Shown here: piece by piece, positions 46,217 through 55,960 of the stretch | Position numbering within the stretch: the stretch's first letter is position 1 | Layout of the letters: each line of letters begins with the position of its first letter | Assembly (NCBI GenBank): GCA_964613795.1 | Contig: CAZTJR010000005.1 | Span: forward strand, 35,656 to 99,655 | Length of the DNA stretch: 64,000 nt | Direction: 5' to 3' | Origin: an uncultured Alteromonadaceae bacterium | Lineage (GTDB): Bacteria; Pseudomonadota; Gammaproteobacteria; Pseudomonadales; Halieaceae | Program-made: the position numbers and the translations under genes | The notes under the pieces: model-generated | What the model was told of the DNA's origin: nothing | The model's input: the letters and a program-made list of their open reading frames with translations, nothing else | The model's database searches: none

Positions 46217-47800
46217 ATGCAAACGCCGTTGATTGACGCGCTGCAACACCCTCAGCGCTACCCGCATCGGGTCGACCGTGTTGAGTTGGTGGAAACCCAT
46301 ATCTCATGGGTGCTGCTTGCCGGCGACCGGGTTTACAAGCTGAAGAAGCCACTCGATCTGGGCTTCCTCGATTTCTCCACTCTCAAAAAGCGCAAGTTTT
46401 TCTGCGAGGAGGAGGTCCGCCTCAATAAACGCACCGCGCCCGACCTGTACCTGGACGTGGTCGCGATTCGGGGCACGGCGGAAAACCCAAGATTAGACGG
46501 CACCGGCGATATCATAGAGTACGCCGTGAGAATGCGCCGCTTCGATGCAGGTGCAGGCTTTGATCATCTGCTTTCCCGGCATCGGCTGCAGCGTAAGCAC
46601 ATTATCGACCTCGGAAAAAAACTGGCTGATCTGCATCGTATTGCCGACATCGCAGGCGCGGGCAGTGACTTCGGCACCGTCCGCGCCACCGCCGAACCCA
46701 TGCGTGATAATTTCACCGATCTGGCTGGCACGCTGGGCGACGCGCCCGTGGCGACTGGTCTAACACCGCTACAGGCATGGACGGAGGCTGAGCTGGCGAG
46801 ACTCACGCCCATCCTCAGGCAGCGACATCGCGACGGATTCATTCGCGAGTGTCATGGCGATGCACACCTTGGCAATGTCGCATTGATCAACGGAGAGGTG
46901 ACGCTGTTTGACTGTGTGGAATTCAGCAGCGAATTGCGCTGGATTGACCTCATGTCAGATGTCGCCTTCACGGTGATGGACCTGCACCGGCGCGGCGAAC
47001 CCGGCTTTGCATGGCTTATGCTGGATCACTACCTCGCTGCAACCGGCGACTATCGGGGTTTGCAGCTGCTGCCGCTATACATGGTTCATCGCGCATTGGT
47101 GCGCGCCAAGGTCACTGCTCTGCGTCTGGGGGACCCGGACGCAAATCATCGTGCCCTACTGGAGGACGTGGGTCATTATGTCGAGCTCGCCCGCAAAACA
47201 AGCCTGGAGAAGCGGCCCGCAATCATTATTACCACGGGCCTGTCCGGCAGCGGCAAATCGTGGCTCGCGCAGCAGCTGGTGGAGCATGTCGGCATGGTGC
47301 GGCTGCGCTCCGATGTAGAACGTAAACGGCTGCATGGAGTAAGCCAGCCCGAGCGCGGTCACGCCGCCGTCGATGACGGTCTTTACTCCGCCGAGGCCAC
47401 CGAGCGCACCTACCGGTACCTGGCCGACACGGCGCAAGCCCTGATCGACGCTGGAATACCCTGCCTGATTGATGCGGCCTGTCTCAAACACTGGCAACGC
47501 CAGGTCTTCAGAGAACTCACCAGGAAAAGCGGTGTTCCCTTCGGAATTCTGCACTGCCACGCCGCCAGCACAGAACTGGAGCAACGACTCCTGGCGCGCG
47601 AGGCCGCGGGCGACGATCCGTCCGAAGCAGGGCTTGCAGTCCTTGCGCACCAGCAACAGACCGCCGAGCCATTAAGTTCACAGGAGCGGTCTCACGCCCT
47701 GATGATCAACACCGCTAGCGATAGCGACGGCGTGGCGCGCGCCGCCCGATGGATCAGGCAGTTAACGCTCGATAGTGTAGGTGACATCGCCCCCACTTGA
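46217..47800 (+). CDS. two-domain protein: aminoglycoside-phosphotransferase-like kinase fold plus P-loop (AAA/zeta-like) ATP-binding domain
   Basis: 527 aa from ATG 46217. The track ORF is 5'-extended, antisense to the DUF427 gene. VETHISWVLLAGDRVYKLKKP and ECHGDAHLGNV (kinase-like). C-terminal Walker A TTGLSGSGKS. Confidence 0.75.
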   Translation: MQTPLIDALQHPQRYPHRVDRVELVETHISWVLLAGDRVYKLKKPLDLGFLDFSTLKKRKFFCEEEVRLNKRTAPDLYLDVVAIRGTAENPRLDGTGDIIEYAVRMRRFDAGAGFDHLLSRHRLQRKHIIDLGKKLADLHRIADIAGAGSDFGTVRATAEPMRDNFTDLAGTLGDAPVATGLTPLQAWTEAELARLTPILRQRHRDGFIRECHGDAHLGNVALINGEVTLFDCVEFSSELRWIDLMSDVAFTVMDLHRRGEPGFAWLMLDHYLAATGDYRGLQLLPLYMVHRALVRAKVTALRLGDPDANHRALLEDVGHYVELARKTSLEKRPAIIITTGLSGSGKSWLAQQLVEHVGMVRLRSDVERKRLHGVSQPERGHAAVDDGLYSAEATERTYRYLADTAQALIDAGIPCLIDAACLKHWQRQVFRELTRKSGVPFGILHCHAASTELEQRLLAREAAGDDPSEAGLAVLAHQQQTAEPLSSQERSHALMINTASDSDGVARAARWIRQLTLDSVGDIAPT

Positions 47801-50800
47801 GAGAGTGGAGGATTCAGTGGACACCTTCCAGTGCTCGCTCAGGGTGTATTCAAGTTTGACCGTGGATATCGAATCAAACAGACCGATGCCATAGCTCACG
47901 AAAAGATCCGGCGACAGGTATTTGCCAATCACAAACGCCGCCTGGTTCACATCGCTGGCAGCGCCCGCTTCGCCAGAGCCAGTCTCGAAGCCGGCGCTGT
48001 CCACGCCCAGTGAGCCGCCAATGCGGTCCGCGAGAAAATCTCCGCCCCGTAGTCCCAGCGCCAGGGCCGCCTGTGCGATCATATCGCTCTCACCTTCCGA
48101 GGCACCTGCCAGTGGACGCCCGAGCACCAGCCACGACAACTGCTCGGCCTGGGTCATGCCCGGTTCAGAGAACACGCTGAAATCCGGGTTCTGCAGCGGA
48201 CCGCGCGCACTCACCCCTACCACAACACCCTCCGCCGGTCGACGCAGCGCGCGCACATTGATGCCCGGCTCGCTTATCGGCCCGCCGGCAAACAGGATCT
48301 TGCCTGTGTCAATCACCAGACCCTGTCCATAAGCGCGATATTCGCCGTCCAGAATATTCACTTCGCCGCTGCCCAGCGTCGGCTGGCCAGGTGCCTGAGT
48401 CACCGTGACGCCGCCGGCCAGACGAGCCGTCAGGCCAAAACCATCAATAGAGACCTCGTCGCCCAGAATGATGCGGATACGCGCTTCAAGCTCTCTCGGC
48501 GCAGCTGCGGCAATACCTTCCTCGCTTTCATCCGTCACAATGACCTCATCGCTCGAGGCGGTGACGACGGATGCGGGCAGCTCTTTCGGCGTGATTTCTG
48601 CGCGCGGCACGACGACCTCGCCATTAATGACAATGCCACTCTCGCGTAGGGAAACCTGAAGGTCCGGCGACACGAAAACACGGGCATCCACGGTGTTCGC
48701 CACTTCAAAGCGCTTGCCTTCAATGTCGAGATCAAACGCCGTACTGGCGCCATCAAGCTGCGCGGTGCCGCCCAGCTGCAGCGTCCCGCCCCCAGAGGTG
48801 GCGCTTCCATCGAAGTCGAGTTGCGACTCACCACTGCTGCTTACGCGGATGTCAATGTCACTGATATTGAGGCCCGGGGCCGCCAGCTCAAGCCGTCCAT
48901 CCGCCAGCCTCAGTTCACCGGCAGGCAAGGGCGCTGCCAGCGTCCCTCCGAGGTCGACGTCCCCGCTGAGCGCACCCGCAGCCTGCTCTATCTCCGAAGA
49001 CAGCGCGCCAAGGAAGCCAATATCATTTAGCGCCAGCGCCAGTTTTCCGGTCAGTGCGCGCTCTGTCAGGGGATCACTGCCCTCGCCAACCTGCATAGTG
49101 GCATTGATACCGCCGCCCTCCGTGAACGGCAGGGAGACCTCAGCCAGCACAGCACTGTCGGCGTAATTCATGCTCACGGTCGAGGGCTCAAGACCCAGCA
49201 GCAGCTGATCGGGCTGCTCAGCCGATTCCCCGGTGCGCAATTCCACGCCCTGTGCCTTCAGGGTGATCCCGATTTCCGGGGGTGCGCCAGAGCCCTGGCG
49301 GAAACTGGCCTGCGCATCAAGCACGCCGGCAAGAGACATGGCTTCAGGAATCATGCTGCGTACATAGTCAACGCTGAGATTTTCCAGGCTCAATGACGCA
49401 TCGACATCCTCCGCAATGCGCTGTCCCTGCAGACACAGACTGGCGTCACCGCTGAGCCAGCAACCCCGCCCCAGGGACTGACTGTCGGCGCCGAGGCGGA
49501 GGGACTGCGGCTTTTCGAGGTTCCAGGCCGCGAGGTCGGGATATTGCAGCTCACCCGCTCTCAGTTCACCGACCCAGAACGCGTCCTGCAGACCCCCGGC
49601 GAGCGTGAGTTGCGCGGCCCCGACAGAGCTGTCGACCGCCAGGTCCAGTCGATGATCAGTGCGGTTTCCCTCGCCGCTGACGCTCACCCGGCCGACCTCG
49701 ATGTCCCCCAGACGGGCCTGATCGAGTGTCAACTGCAGTTGCGAGGGCGCCTCGCGCTGCAGGTCGACGTCCAGCTCAAGCGACAGGCCTGACAGCTGAT
49801 AACTCGCATAGGCGAGGGACTCACCCTGCAGTGTACCGCTCACGACAGGCAGTGGCAGACTCCCGGCCAGACGTCCCGCGCCTGACAATGTGCCAGACGC
49901 TCCAGGCAACAGATCGGCCAGGTCGGGACTATCGATTTCCCAGTCCAGATCCATGCTGTCACCCACATAGCCTGCTGCATTGATACGGCTTTCTCCGGAC
50001 CGGGCCACGAGGGTATCAAGGCGCAGCCGCGCATCCCGGTACTCGCCCTTCACCTCGACATCCAGAGCTTGCTCGCGAAAAGTACCTTTGAGCGCCAGCG
50101 TGTCTATCTGCGTCTGCACAGCGCCTTCCGTCACGCCGCCGGCAGCGCGCAAAGAAATCTCAAGGTTGCCGGGAAAATCCGGCGCCAGCACCGCAGGATT
50201 GAGACCTTCGCCGTCCAGAGTAACGGCACCACGGATCTCAGGGCTCCAGCGCACATTGCCGCGGCCCGTGAGCGAGCCGTCCAGCAAAGCCAGCGTGAGG
50301 CTATCAAGCTCAAAGCTTTCGTCATCGCCGCTTCCCGAGATCGTCAGCTCACCGTCTGCCTGATCGGGCACGGAGAGCGCCGTCTTCAGATCAACGCGAT
50401 AATCCTCGGGGCTGCCATCGACAGCGAAGCGGCCGCTGCCGCTGCTGATACGCGGCTCGCCACCCAGAGGCCAGGCCAGATCACGCCAGTCGCCCTGAAG
50501 CTCGAACGTGGGGGTGGCACCCGCCAGATTTGCCTGACCTGTCATTTCCAGCCTCGCGGCACCGGGCTCCCGGGTGAGAAGAAGCTGATCAATCGCCAGC
50601 AACTGCTCCCTCAGGCCACCACTGGCGAGGAGCGCCAGGTCACCGAACTCCTCCGAGTCCAGCGTCAAATCTGCCTGGTAGTCCAGATCGATAACGCTGC
50701 CGTCTGCGCGCAGTGTGCCCGCCAGCGTCATCGCCGGGAGCGTATCACCGATATCCTGCAAGCGGATGGCGTCGATTTCCACCTGCGCATCAAGGCGCCT

Positions 50801-51562
50801 GTCATCGCTCTGCAGGTCGCTGATCCTGATTTCCTGTGTCGACGTGTAAGGTGCGTCCAGCGTTTGCATTATGCGCGCTGCAGACAGATCGCCCTCGACA
50901 GACAGTCTGCCGCCCAGCGGCGCAAGATCGGGCGGTGACACCTGCCAGTCCACAGCAGCGGTCGACGCATAGGCATCCCGGGTGTGCGCGCTGGCGACCA
51001 CATCAATCTGAAACAGGGGACCCTGCGCCGACAGCTGGTCGATGGAAAGGTCATTGCCGCGGAAACTGGCGGCCAGCGTCGCCTCATCCACCCGCACTGG
51101 TTCGGCCTCGGGCGCAGAGCGGTACGCGAACGAGCGCAGCGCGATATTGCGTAGTGACAGTGCAACCGGCAGGGAAATCTGCTCCGGTAGCGAGAACGGC
51201 TCCGCGTCGGTCGCTTCCTCTGGCGGCGCCGGCTTCAGCTGCGTGTAGGCCACGTCTTCAACCTGCAATTTTTCCACACGCAGCTCCCGGCGCAGCAGTG
51301 CGGAAAGCGACCAGTCGAGCTGCAGGGAACCGACCGTAATACGTAATGCCTCGGTCTCAAAGCGCAGCCCGCGCAGGTCTAGCGGTCCGCCGAAGCTACC
51401 GCTCATGGACTCGGCCTCGAGCCCATCAACCGCGCCGGTGACAACACCCCAAAGCATCCGCGACCCGCTCTGCGTCCCGAGCATCCAGGCCAACAGCAGT
51501 GTCGTTGCGAGAAGCAGGGCGGCAAGGCCGATACCGATGGCGGCGAACAGGCGTTTCGTCAT
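47762..51562 (-). CDS. tamB: translocation and assembly module subunit TamB
   Basis: 1266 aa. N-terminal anchor, long repetitive beta-rich body, C-terminal DUF490-type end (VIGKYLSPDLFVSYGIGLFDSISTVKLEYTLSEHWKV). Start overlaps the tamA stop by 4 nt. Confidence 0.85.
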   Translation of the reverse strand: MTKRLFAAIGIGLAALLLATTLLLAWMLGTQSGSRMLWGVVTGAVDGLEAESMSGSFGGPLDLRGLRFETEALRITVGSLQLDWSLSALLRRELRVEKLQVEDVAYTQLKPAPPEEATDAEPFSLPEQISLPVALSLRNIALRSFAYRSAPEAEPVRVDEATLAASFRGNDLSIDQLSAQGPLFQIDVVASAHTRDAYASTAAVDWQVSPPDLAPLGGRLSVEGDLSAARIMQTLDAPYTSTQEIRISDLQSDDRRLDAQVEIDAIRLQDIGDTLPAMTLAGTLRADGSVIDLDYQADLTLDSEEFGDLALLASGGLREQLLAIDQLLLTREPGAARLEMTGQANLAGATPTFELQGDWRDLAWPLGGEPRISSGSGRFAVDGSPEDYRVDLKTALSVPDQADGELTISGSGDDESFELDSLTLALLDGSLTGRGNVRWSPEIRGAVTLDGEGLNPAVLAPDFPGNLEISLRAAGGVTEGAVQTQIDTLALKGTFREQALDVEVKGEYRDARLRLDTLVARSGESRINAAGYVGDSMDLDWEIDSPDLADLLPGASGTLSGAGRLAGSLPLPVVSGTLQGESLAYASYQLSGLSLELDVDLQREAPSQLQLTLDQARLGDIEVGRVSVSGEGNRTDHRLDLAVDSSVGAAQLTLAGGLQDAFWVGELRAGELQYPDLAAWNLEKPQSLRLGADSQSLGRGCWLSGDASLCLQGQRIAEDVDASLSLENLSVDYVRSMIPEAMSLAGVLDAQASFRQGSGAPPEIGITLKAQGVELRTGESAEQPDQLLLGLEPSTVSMNYADSAVLAEVSLPFTEGGGINATMQVGEGSDPLTERALTGKLALALNDIGFLGALSSEIEQAAGALSGDVDLGGTLAAPLPAGELRLADGRLELAAPGLNISDIDIRVSSSGESQLDFDGSATSGGGTLQLGGTAQLDGASTAFDLDIEGKRFEVANTVDARVFVSPDLQVSLRESGIVINGEVVVPRAEITPKELPASVVTASSDEVIVTDESEEGIAAAAPRELEARIRIILGDEVSIDGFGLTARLAGGVTVTQAPGQPTLGSGEVNILDGEYRAYGQGLVIDTGKILFAGGPISEPGINVRALRRPAEGVVVGVSARGPLQNPDFSVFSEPGMTQAEQLSWLVLGRPLAGASEGESDMIAQAALALGLRGGDFLADRIGGSLGVDSAGFETGSGEAGAASDVNQAAFVIGKYLSPDLFVSYGIGLFDSISTVKLEYTLSEHWKVSTESSTLSSGGDVTYTIER

Positions 51563-53316
51563 TGCAGATCAGGCCCGAAGCTGATGTGAAAGGCGAACGA
51601 CGAATCCGGGTCATCGAAGGGATGTGCAAAATCCAGCCGGAACATGCCCACCGGCGACTTGTAGCGCAGACCGATGCCCGCAGCGGATTTCCAGTCGATA
51701 TCCGCATTGTTGGAGGCGTTGCCCGCGTCTAAGAAGACCGCCAGGCCCATGTTGCCATAAACCAGATAGTCCACCTCGACACTCGCGGTCCCCAGATAGC
51801 GCCCACCAATGAGATTGCCCTGATCATCCCTCGGGCTCAGCTCCTCAAACCCGTAGCCCCGCACGTTCTGTGCGCCACCGTTGAAAAAGCGCTGCGAGGC
51901 TGGCAGACGGTTGAACTCGTCCGTCATCGTCGCACCGTACTCTCCGCGCACAAGTAACCTGCCGTTGGGGCCCAGGGGGCGTATGTATCGCCCGCTGACT
52001 TTCGCCTGCAGAAACGATGTGTCGGACAGGACCTCTTCCATGGCGCCACTGGCTGCAAACTTGGCGCTGTAGCCTTGGCGGGTAAACAACAGGTCGTCGG
52101 CGACTATGCGCGAATACTCTAATCCCGGTGTCAACAGCGTGGCGGACTCGTTCGGGTTGTTTCCAAAGGCCCAGACCTCGTGCCTCAGGGCGAGGGATAA
52201 GCGCCTCCGACCTCCCCAACGATTCTGGTTCAGGCTGCTGCCGACCGCGTAACTGGTGGCATCGACATCGTTGAGACTGCGCTGTTCGGCATCCGCCGTG
52301 AAATCGATATACTCCGTGGCCACGTCGCCTGTGGGAATCTTGTATTGAGACGCCAGGGTAGACTGAATCGCCGAAAGCCGGAAATCCGTCCGAAACTGGT
52401 GACCATACTGATTGATGCGCCGCCAGAGGATACCCGCGCCGCCGCGCGGCCCGGTATCGGTGCCATAGCCGACGCTGGTTTCATAGCGCTGTGAGTTTGA
52501 CGCCATCGTCGACACCCGAATCGGTACGCGCTGACCCTCCGCCTGCTCGCGCTGAATGGTCACCTCTGCCTGGTTGAAGTAGGGGCTGTCGCTAAGCGCG
52601 AGTTGAAGATTTGTCAGCCGGCGTGCCTCAAACGGCTCACCGGGGCGGATCGACACAAACTTATCGATAAACGACGACGACAGAATATCCTGCTCTACGT
52701 TGATTTCCCCGAAATAGAAGCGAGGACCGGTATCCAGGACAAGCGCCAGATCTGCCACCTGTTGATCGGGATAAACCCTGATGGAACTCCGACGAAACCG
52801 GCTGTCCAGGTAGCCAAGAGCATAGGCGTCGTTGCGCAGCGCGCTCTTAAGGTTGTCGTAGGCCGGGTGATTCAATTGCACGCCCGGTGCCAGGGAGGTG
52901 TTTTCCACCTTTTCCCGGAGCGTCGGCTGGCTCTCGCCTTCACCCTCTATCGCAATCACCACCTCGCGCAGGCGCGTTTCCGCTCCCGGGTCGATGTCGT
53001 AGGTGGCGCGCCAGACCGTCTCGCCTTTTTCCAGTGATGCACTGATCTCGGGCGAGTAGTAGCCGAAAGGCTTCAGCGCCGACTCAATCTCCTCCACTGC
53101 AGCCTTGTGCAGGCGCAGAATCGCCTTCTCCGTGCGCGCAACCGGACCGCCGGAACGACGTTCGCTTGCCGCGAGTATCCCGAGATGAGCTTCGACGTTA
53201 TCGCGCAACTCACCGCTGACGCCAGACAGCTTGACAGTCAGTGACACATCAGCGGCCGAAACGTGGCAGAAACCAGCGGCCAGAAAAAACAGCAGTGCGA
53301 GAGTCAGGCGCGGCAC
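51559..53316 (-). CDS. tamA: outer-membrane Omp85-family protein TamA (POTRA domains plus beta-barrel)
   Basis: In-frame GTG 53316 gives the signal peptide (M)PRLTLALLFFLAAGFCHVSA and 585 aa. The track start (53385) adds 23 non-signal residues. Ends with the Omp85-type C-terminus FRLDFAHPF...FHISFGPDLQ. Confidence 0.85.
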   Translation of the reverse strand: MPRLTLALLFFLAAGFCHVSAADVSLTVKLSGVSGELRDNVEAHLGILAASERRSGGPVARTEKAILRLHKAAVEEIESALKPFGYYSPEISASLEKGETVWRATYDIDPGAETRLREVVIAIEGEGESQPTLREKVENTSLAPGVQLNHPAYDNLKSALRNDAYALGYLDSRFRRSSIRVYPDQQVADLALVLDTGPRFYFGEINVEQDILSSSFIDKFVSIRPGEPFEARRLTNLQLALSDSPYFNQAEVTIQREQAEGQRVPIRVSTMASNSQRYETSVGYGTDTGPRGGAGILWRRINQYGHQFRTDFRLSAIQSTLASQYKIPTGDVATEYIDFTADAEQRSLNDVDATSYAVGSSLNQNRWGGRRRLSLALRHEVWAFGNNPNESATLLTPGLEYSRIVADDLLFTRQGYSAKFAASGAMEEVLSDTSFLQAKVSGRYIRPLGPNGRLLVRGEYGATMTDEFNRLPASQRFFNGGAQNVRGYGFEELSPRDDQGNLIGGRYLGTASVEVDYLVYGNMGLAVFLDAGNASNNADIDWKSAAGIGLRYKSPVGMFRLDFAHPFDDPDSSFAFHISFGPDLQ

Positions 53317-53659
53317 GGTGGGCGATTCACCGGAACACCTTGCCAACGGGGCCAGTTGCCCGGGTAGCACAAAACGCCCCTTCACACTGGTCGCACCGTG
53401 CCGTTCCGTATTGCCGGAAACAGATCAGACATACCTTATTACCGTTGGGAGTTTGGTGTTGTTTGGCACCAGACTACGGAGGACGTGGTACTACGACGCA
53501 GCGCTTCCTCTGGCCTGGCGGTATCCTTCGCTGCGTCAGTCTAACTGTCTCGCGGCATGAACGCACCCGGCACCGCAGGCGGGCCTCATTTGATGATTGA
53601 AATCTGGCGTCCTGAGTCCTAGTCTCGAGGGTCATTTACACACTGGCGTCTGGGCCCGT

Positions 53660-55195
53660 ATGGCTGACATGAACTCCCATGTACCTGCTGCTCTTGCCTG
53701 CATTCTCGGCGTGGCCTGTCTGCTGACTGCCGCGCCCGCTGCGCCTGCCCCCCGGGTAAGCGCTGCAGTGAACAAGCAGAGCGACATCGTTGCGCGCGTG
53801 GGCGACCTGGCCTTTCGCGAGTGCCAATTGAGCAATGCGGGGCGCAGCCGCGCCGTACAATGCGCGCGGATGGTCGTCCCGGAAGATTATACCAACCCCG
53901 ACAGCAGGAGCCTGTCGATTCGAATCGTCCGCCTCGACGCTCGCAACGGCAGCGGCGCTGGCACACCGTTGCTGGCGATCGCCGGCGGGCCTGGCCAGGC
54001 GGCGAGTGAGGCCTTTCTCAACCTCGATCACATGTTCCCGGATGTCGCACGGTACCGGGATTTCTATCTCGTCGACCAGCGCGGTACCGGCGGTTCAAAC
54101 CCTCAGCACTGCGACCTGGATGATGAGGCGCTCATGCAGGTTGAATCCGATATGGGCCAGATTCGCCAGTCAGCCCGGGAGTGCCTTGCGAATTTTGACG
54201 GCGATCCTACCCTGTACACCACCAGCATCGCCATACGCGACCTGGAGCGGGTGCGCGAAGCACTCGGTGTCCCGCGATGGCACCTGTTCGGCGTGTCCTA
54301 TGGCACTCGCGTGGTCCAGCACTATCTGCGCCGACATCCACAGGTTATCCGCACCGCAGTGCTGGATTCCGTGGTACCTGCGACGGAAGCACTGGGGCCT
54401 GACATTGCGCTACGCAGCCAGCAGGCACTGGATACCCTGCTTGACCGCTGCGAGACAAACACCGCCTGCAACAAGGCGTTCCCGGACCTCGCCCGGGGCC
54501 TGAACTCACTGCTGACGGGGCTTGGCGATGCGCCCCGGGAACTTGTTTACGAGGACCCTCGCACGGGCGGGCTCGACGGTATGCGTTTTACCCGCGCGCA
54601 CCTTGTAGGTGTCCTCAGGCTGTCACTTTACCAGTCCGAGCAACTATCGATACTGCCTCCCATGCTGCATCAGGCCTACGCAAATGATAATTTCACCGCC
54701 CTGGCACGAACGGCGGACGCCATCGTGAAACAGATGGCAGGGACACTCGCGATTGGCATGCACAATTCGGTGGTTTGCACCGAAGACGTCCCCTTCTTCG
54801 CAATCGACGGGCCACAGCGTGAGGCGCTCAGCGAGACCTACATGGGCGACCTGGTGGTCCGCGGGTTAGAGGTTACCTGCGATGAATGGCCGGTCGGGGT
54901 CATGGACGAGGACTTTCGCAGCCCGGTGACTGCAGACGTTCCCGTGCTGTTACTCAGCGGCGAAGCCGACCCCATCACGCCACCGGCCTATGCAGAGGCC
55001 GTTCTCGCCCACCTGCCCCGGGGCCGACACCTCGTGGCACGCGGCCAGGGGCATTTTGTCAGCCCACGGGGCTGCCTGCCTCGCCTCGTCGCGCAATTCA
55101 TCAGCAGTGACGGCGACGCAGAACCCGCGGCAGAGTGCCTTGATCGTCTGCAGGCCGCCCCGTTGTTCGTCAATGCCAATGGCCCCACACCCTGA
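53660..55195 (+). CDS. secreted alpha/beta hydrolase (S33 / TAP-like tripeptidyl-aminopeptidase family)
   Basis: The track start is TTG 53597. ATG 53660 or 53669 gives the signal peptide MNSHVPAALACILGVACLLTAAPAAPA. Nucleophile elbow GVSYGT. C-terminal Asp/His region (SGEADPITP, GQGHF). Confidence 0.8.
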   Translation: MADMNSHVPAALACILGVACLLTAAPAAPAPRVSAAVNKQSDIVARVGDLAFRECQLSNAGRSRAVQCARMVVPEDYTNPDSRSLSIRIVRLDARNGSGAGTPLLAIAGGPGQAASEAFLNLDHMFPDVARYRDFYLVDQRGTGGSNPQHCDLDDEALMQVESDMGQIRQSARECLANFDGDPTLYTTSIAIRDLERVREALGVPRWHLFGVSYGTRVVQHYLRRHPQVIRTAVLDSVVPATEALGPDIALRSQQALDTLLDRCETNTACNKAFPDLARGLNSLLTGLGDAPRELVYEDPRTGGLDGMRFTRAHLVGVLRLSLYQSEQLSILPPMLHQAYANDNFTALARTADAIVKQMAGTLAIGMHNSVVCTEDVPFFAIDGPQREALSETYMGDLVVRGLEVTCDEWPVGVMDEDFRSPVTADVPVLLLSGEADPITPPAYAEAVLAHLPRGRHLVARGQGHFVSPRGCLPRLVAQFISSDGDAEPAAECLDRLQAAPLFVNANGPTP

Positions 55196-55204
55196 TGCCC
55201 CGCC

Positions 55205-55960
55205 ATGATTGAAGCGACACAACTATCCAAGGCTTTCCGCAAGCAGGGCACACGTCGTGAGTGGATCAGCGCCATCACGGATGTCAGCTTCCAGGCGCGC
55301 GACGGAGAGATCACCGGTCTCCTTGGTTCCAACGGTGCCGGGAAATCCACCGTACTGCGTATTCTTGCAAGCCTGCTGCAGCCAGACAGCGGGCACGCTG
55401 TCGTCGATGGCTACGATGTCGCGGAAGACCCGATATGCGTAAGACGGCAGATCGGTTATCTAGCGCACAACGCGGGCCTCTATCCACGCCTCACATCCCG
55501 GGAAAACCTGATCTACTACGCCGAACTCTGCGGCATGAACAGTCGCGACAGCGAAAGGCGCGCCGAGGAGCTTATTGAGCTGATGGGCATGCAGGCTTTC
55601 GGCGATCGGCGCACGGAGGGTTTTTCGCAGGGTCAGCGGACGCGGGTTGCGCTGGCGCGAGCGCTCATTCACAACCCGCGCACGCTGATACTCGATGAGC
55701 CAACCAACGGCCTTGACGTCATCGCCACTCGCGGTCTGCGCTCTCTCCTTCGGCAACTGCGCGATCGCGGCCACTGTGTGCTCGTTTCAAGTCATATCAT
55801 GCAGGAGATGGAACGCCTGAGTGATCGGGTCGCCATCATCAGCGATGGCCGCATCGTGGCCTCGGGATCTGTCGCCGACATTCTCGACGCCACCGCTTGC
55901 ACTGATCTTGAAGATGCCTTTGTCGTTGCCATTGGCGAGACAGTGGCTGCCCAGGCATGA
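55205..55960 (+). CDS. ABC transporter ATP-binding protein (ABC-2/NatA-like)
   Basis: 251 aa. Walker A GSNGAGKST, signature FSQGQRTRV, Walker B LILDEPTNGLD. Confidence 0.9.
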   Translation: MIEATQLSKAFRKQGTRREWISAITDVSFQARDGEITGLLGSNGAGKSTVLRILASLLQPDSGHAVVDGYDVAEDPICVRRQIGYLAHNAGLYPRLTSRENLIYYAELCGMNSRDSERRAEELIELMGMQAFGDRRTEGFSQGQRTRVALARALIHNPRTLILDEPTNGLDVIATRGLRSLLRQLRDRGHCVLVSSHIMQEMERLSDRVAIISDGRIVASGSVADILDATACTDLEDAFVVAIGETVAAQA

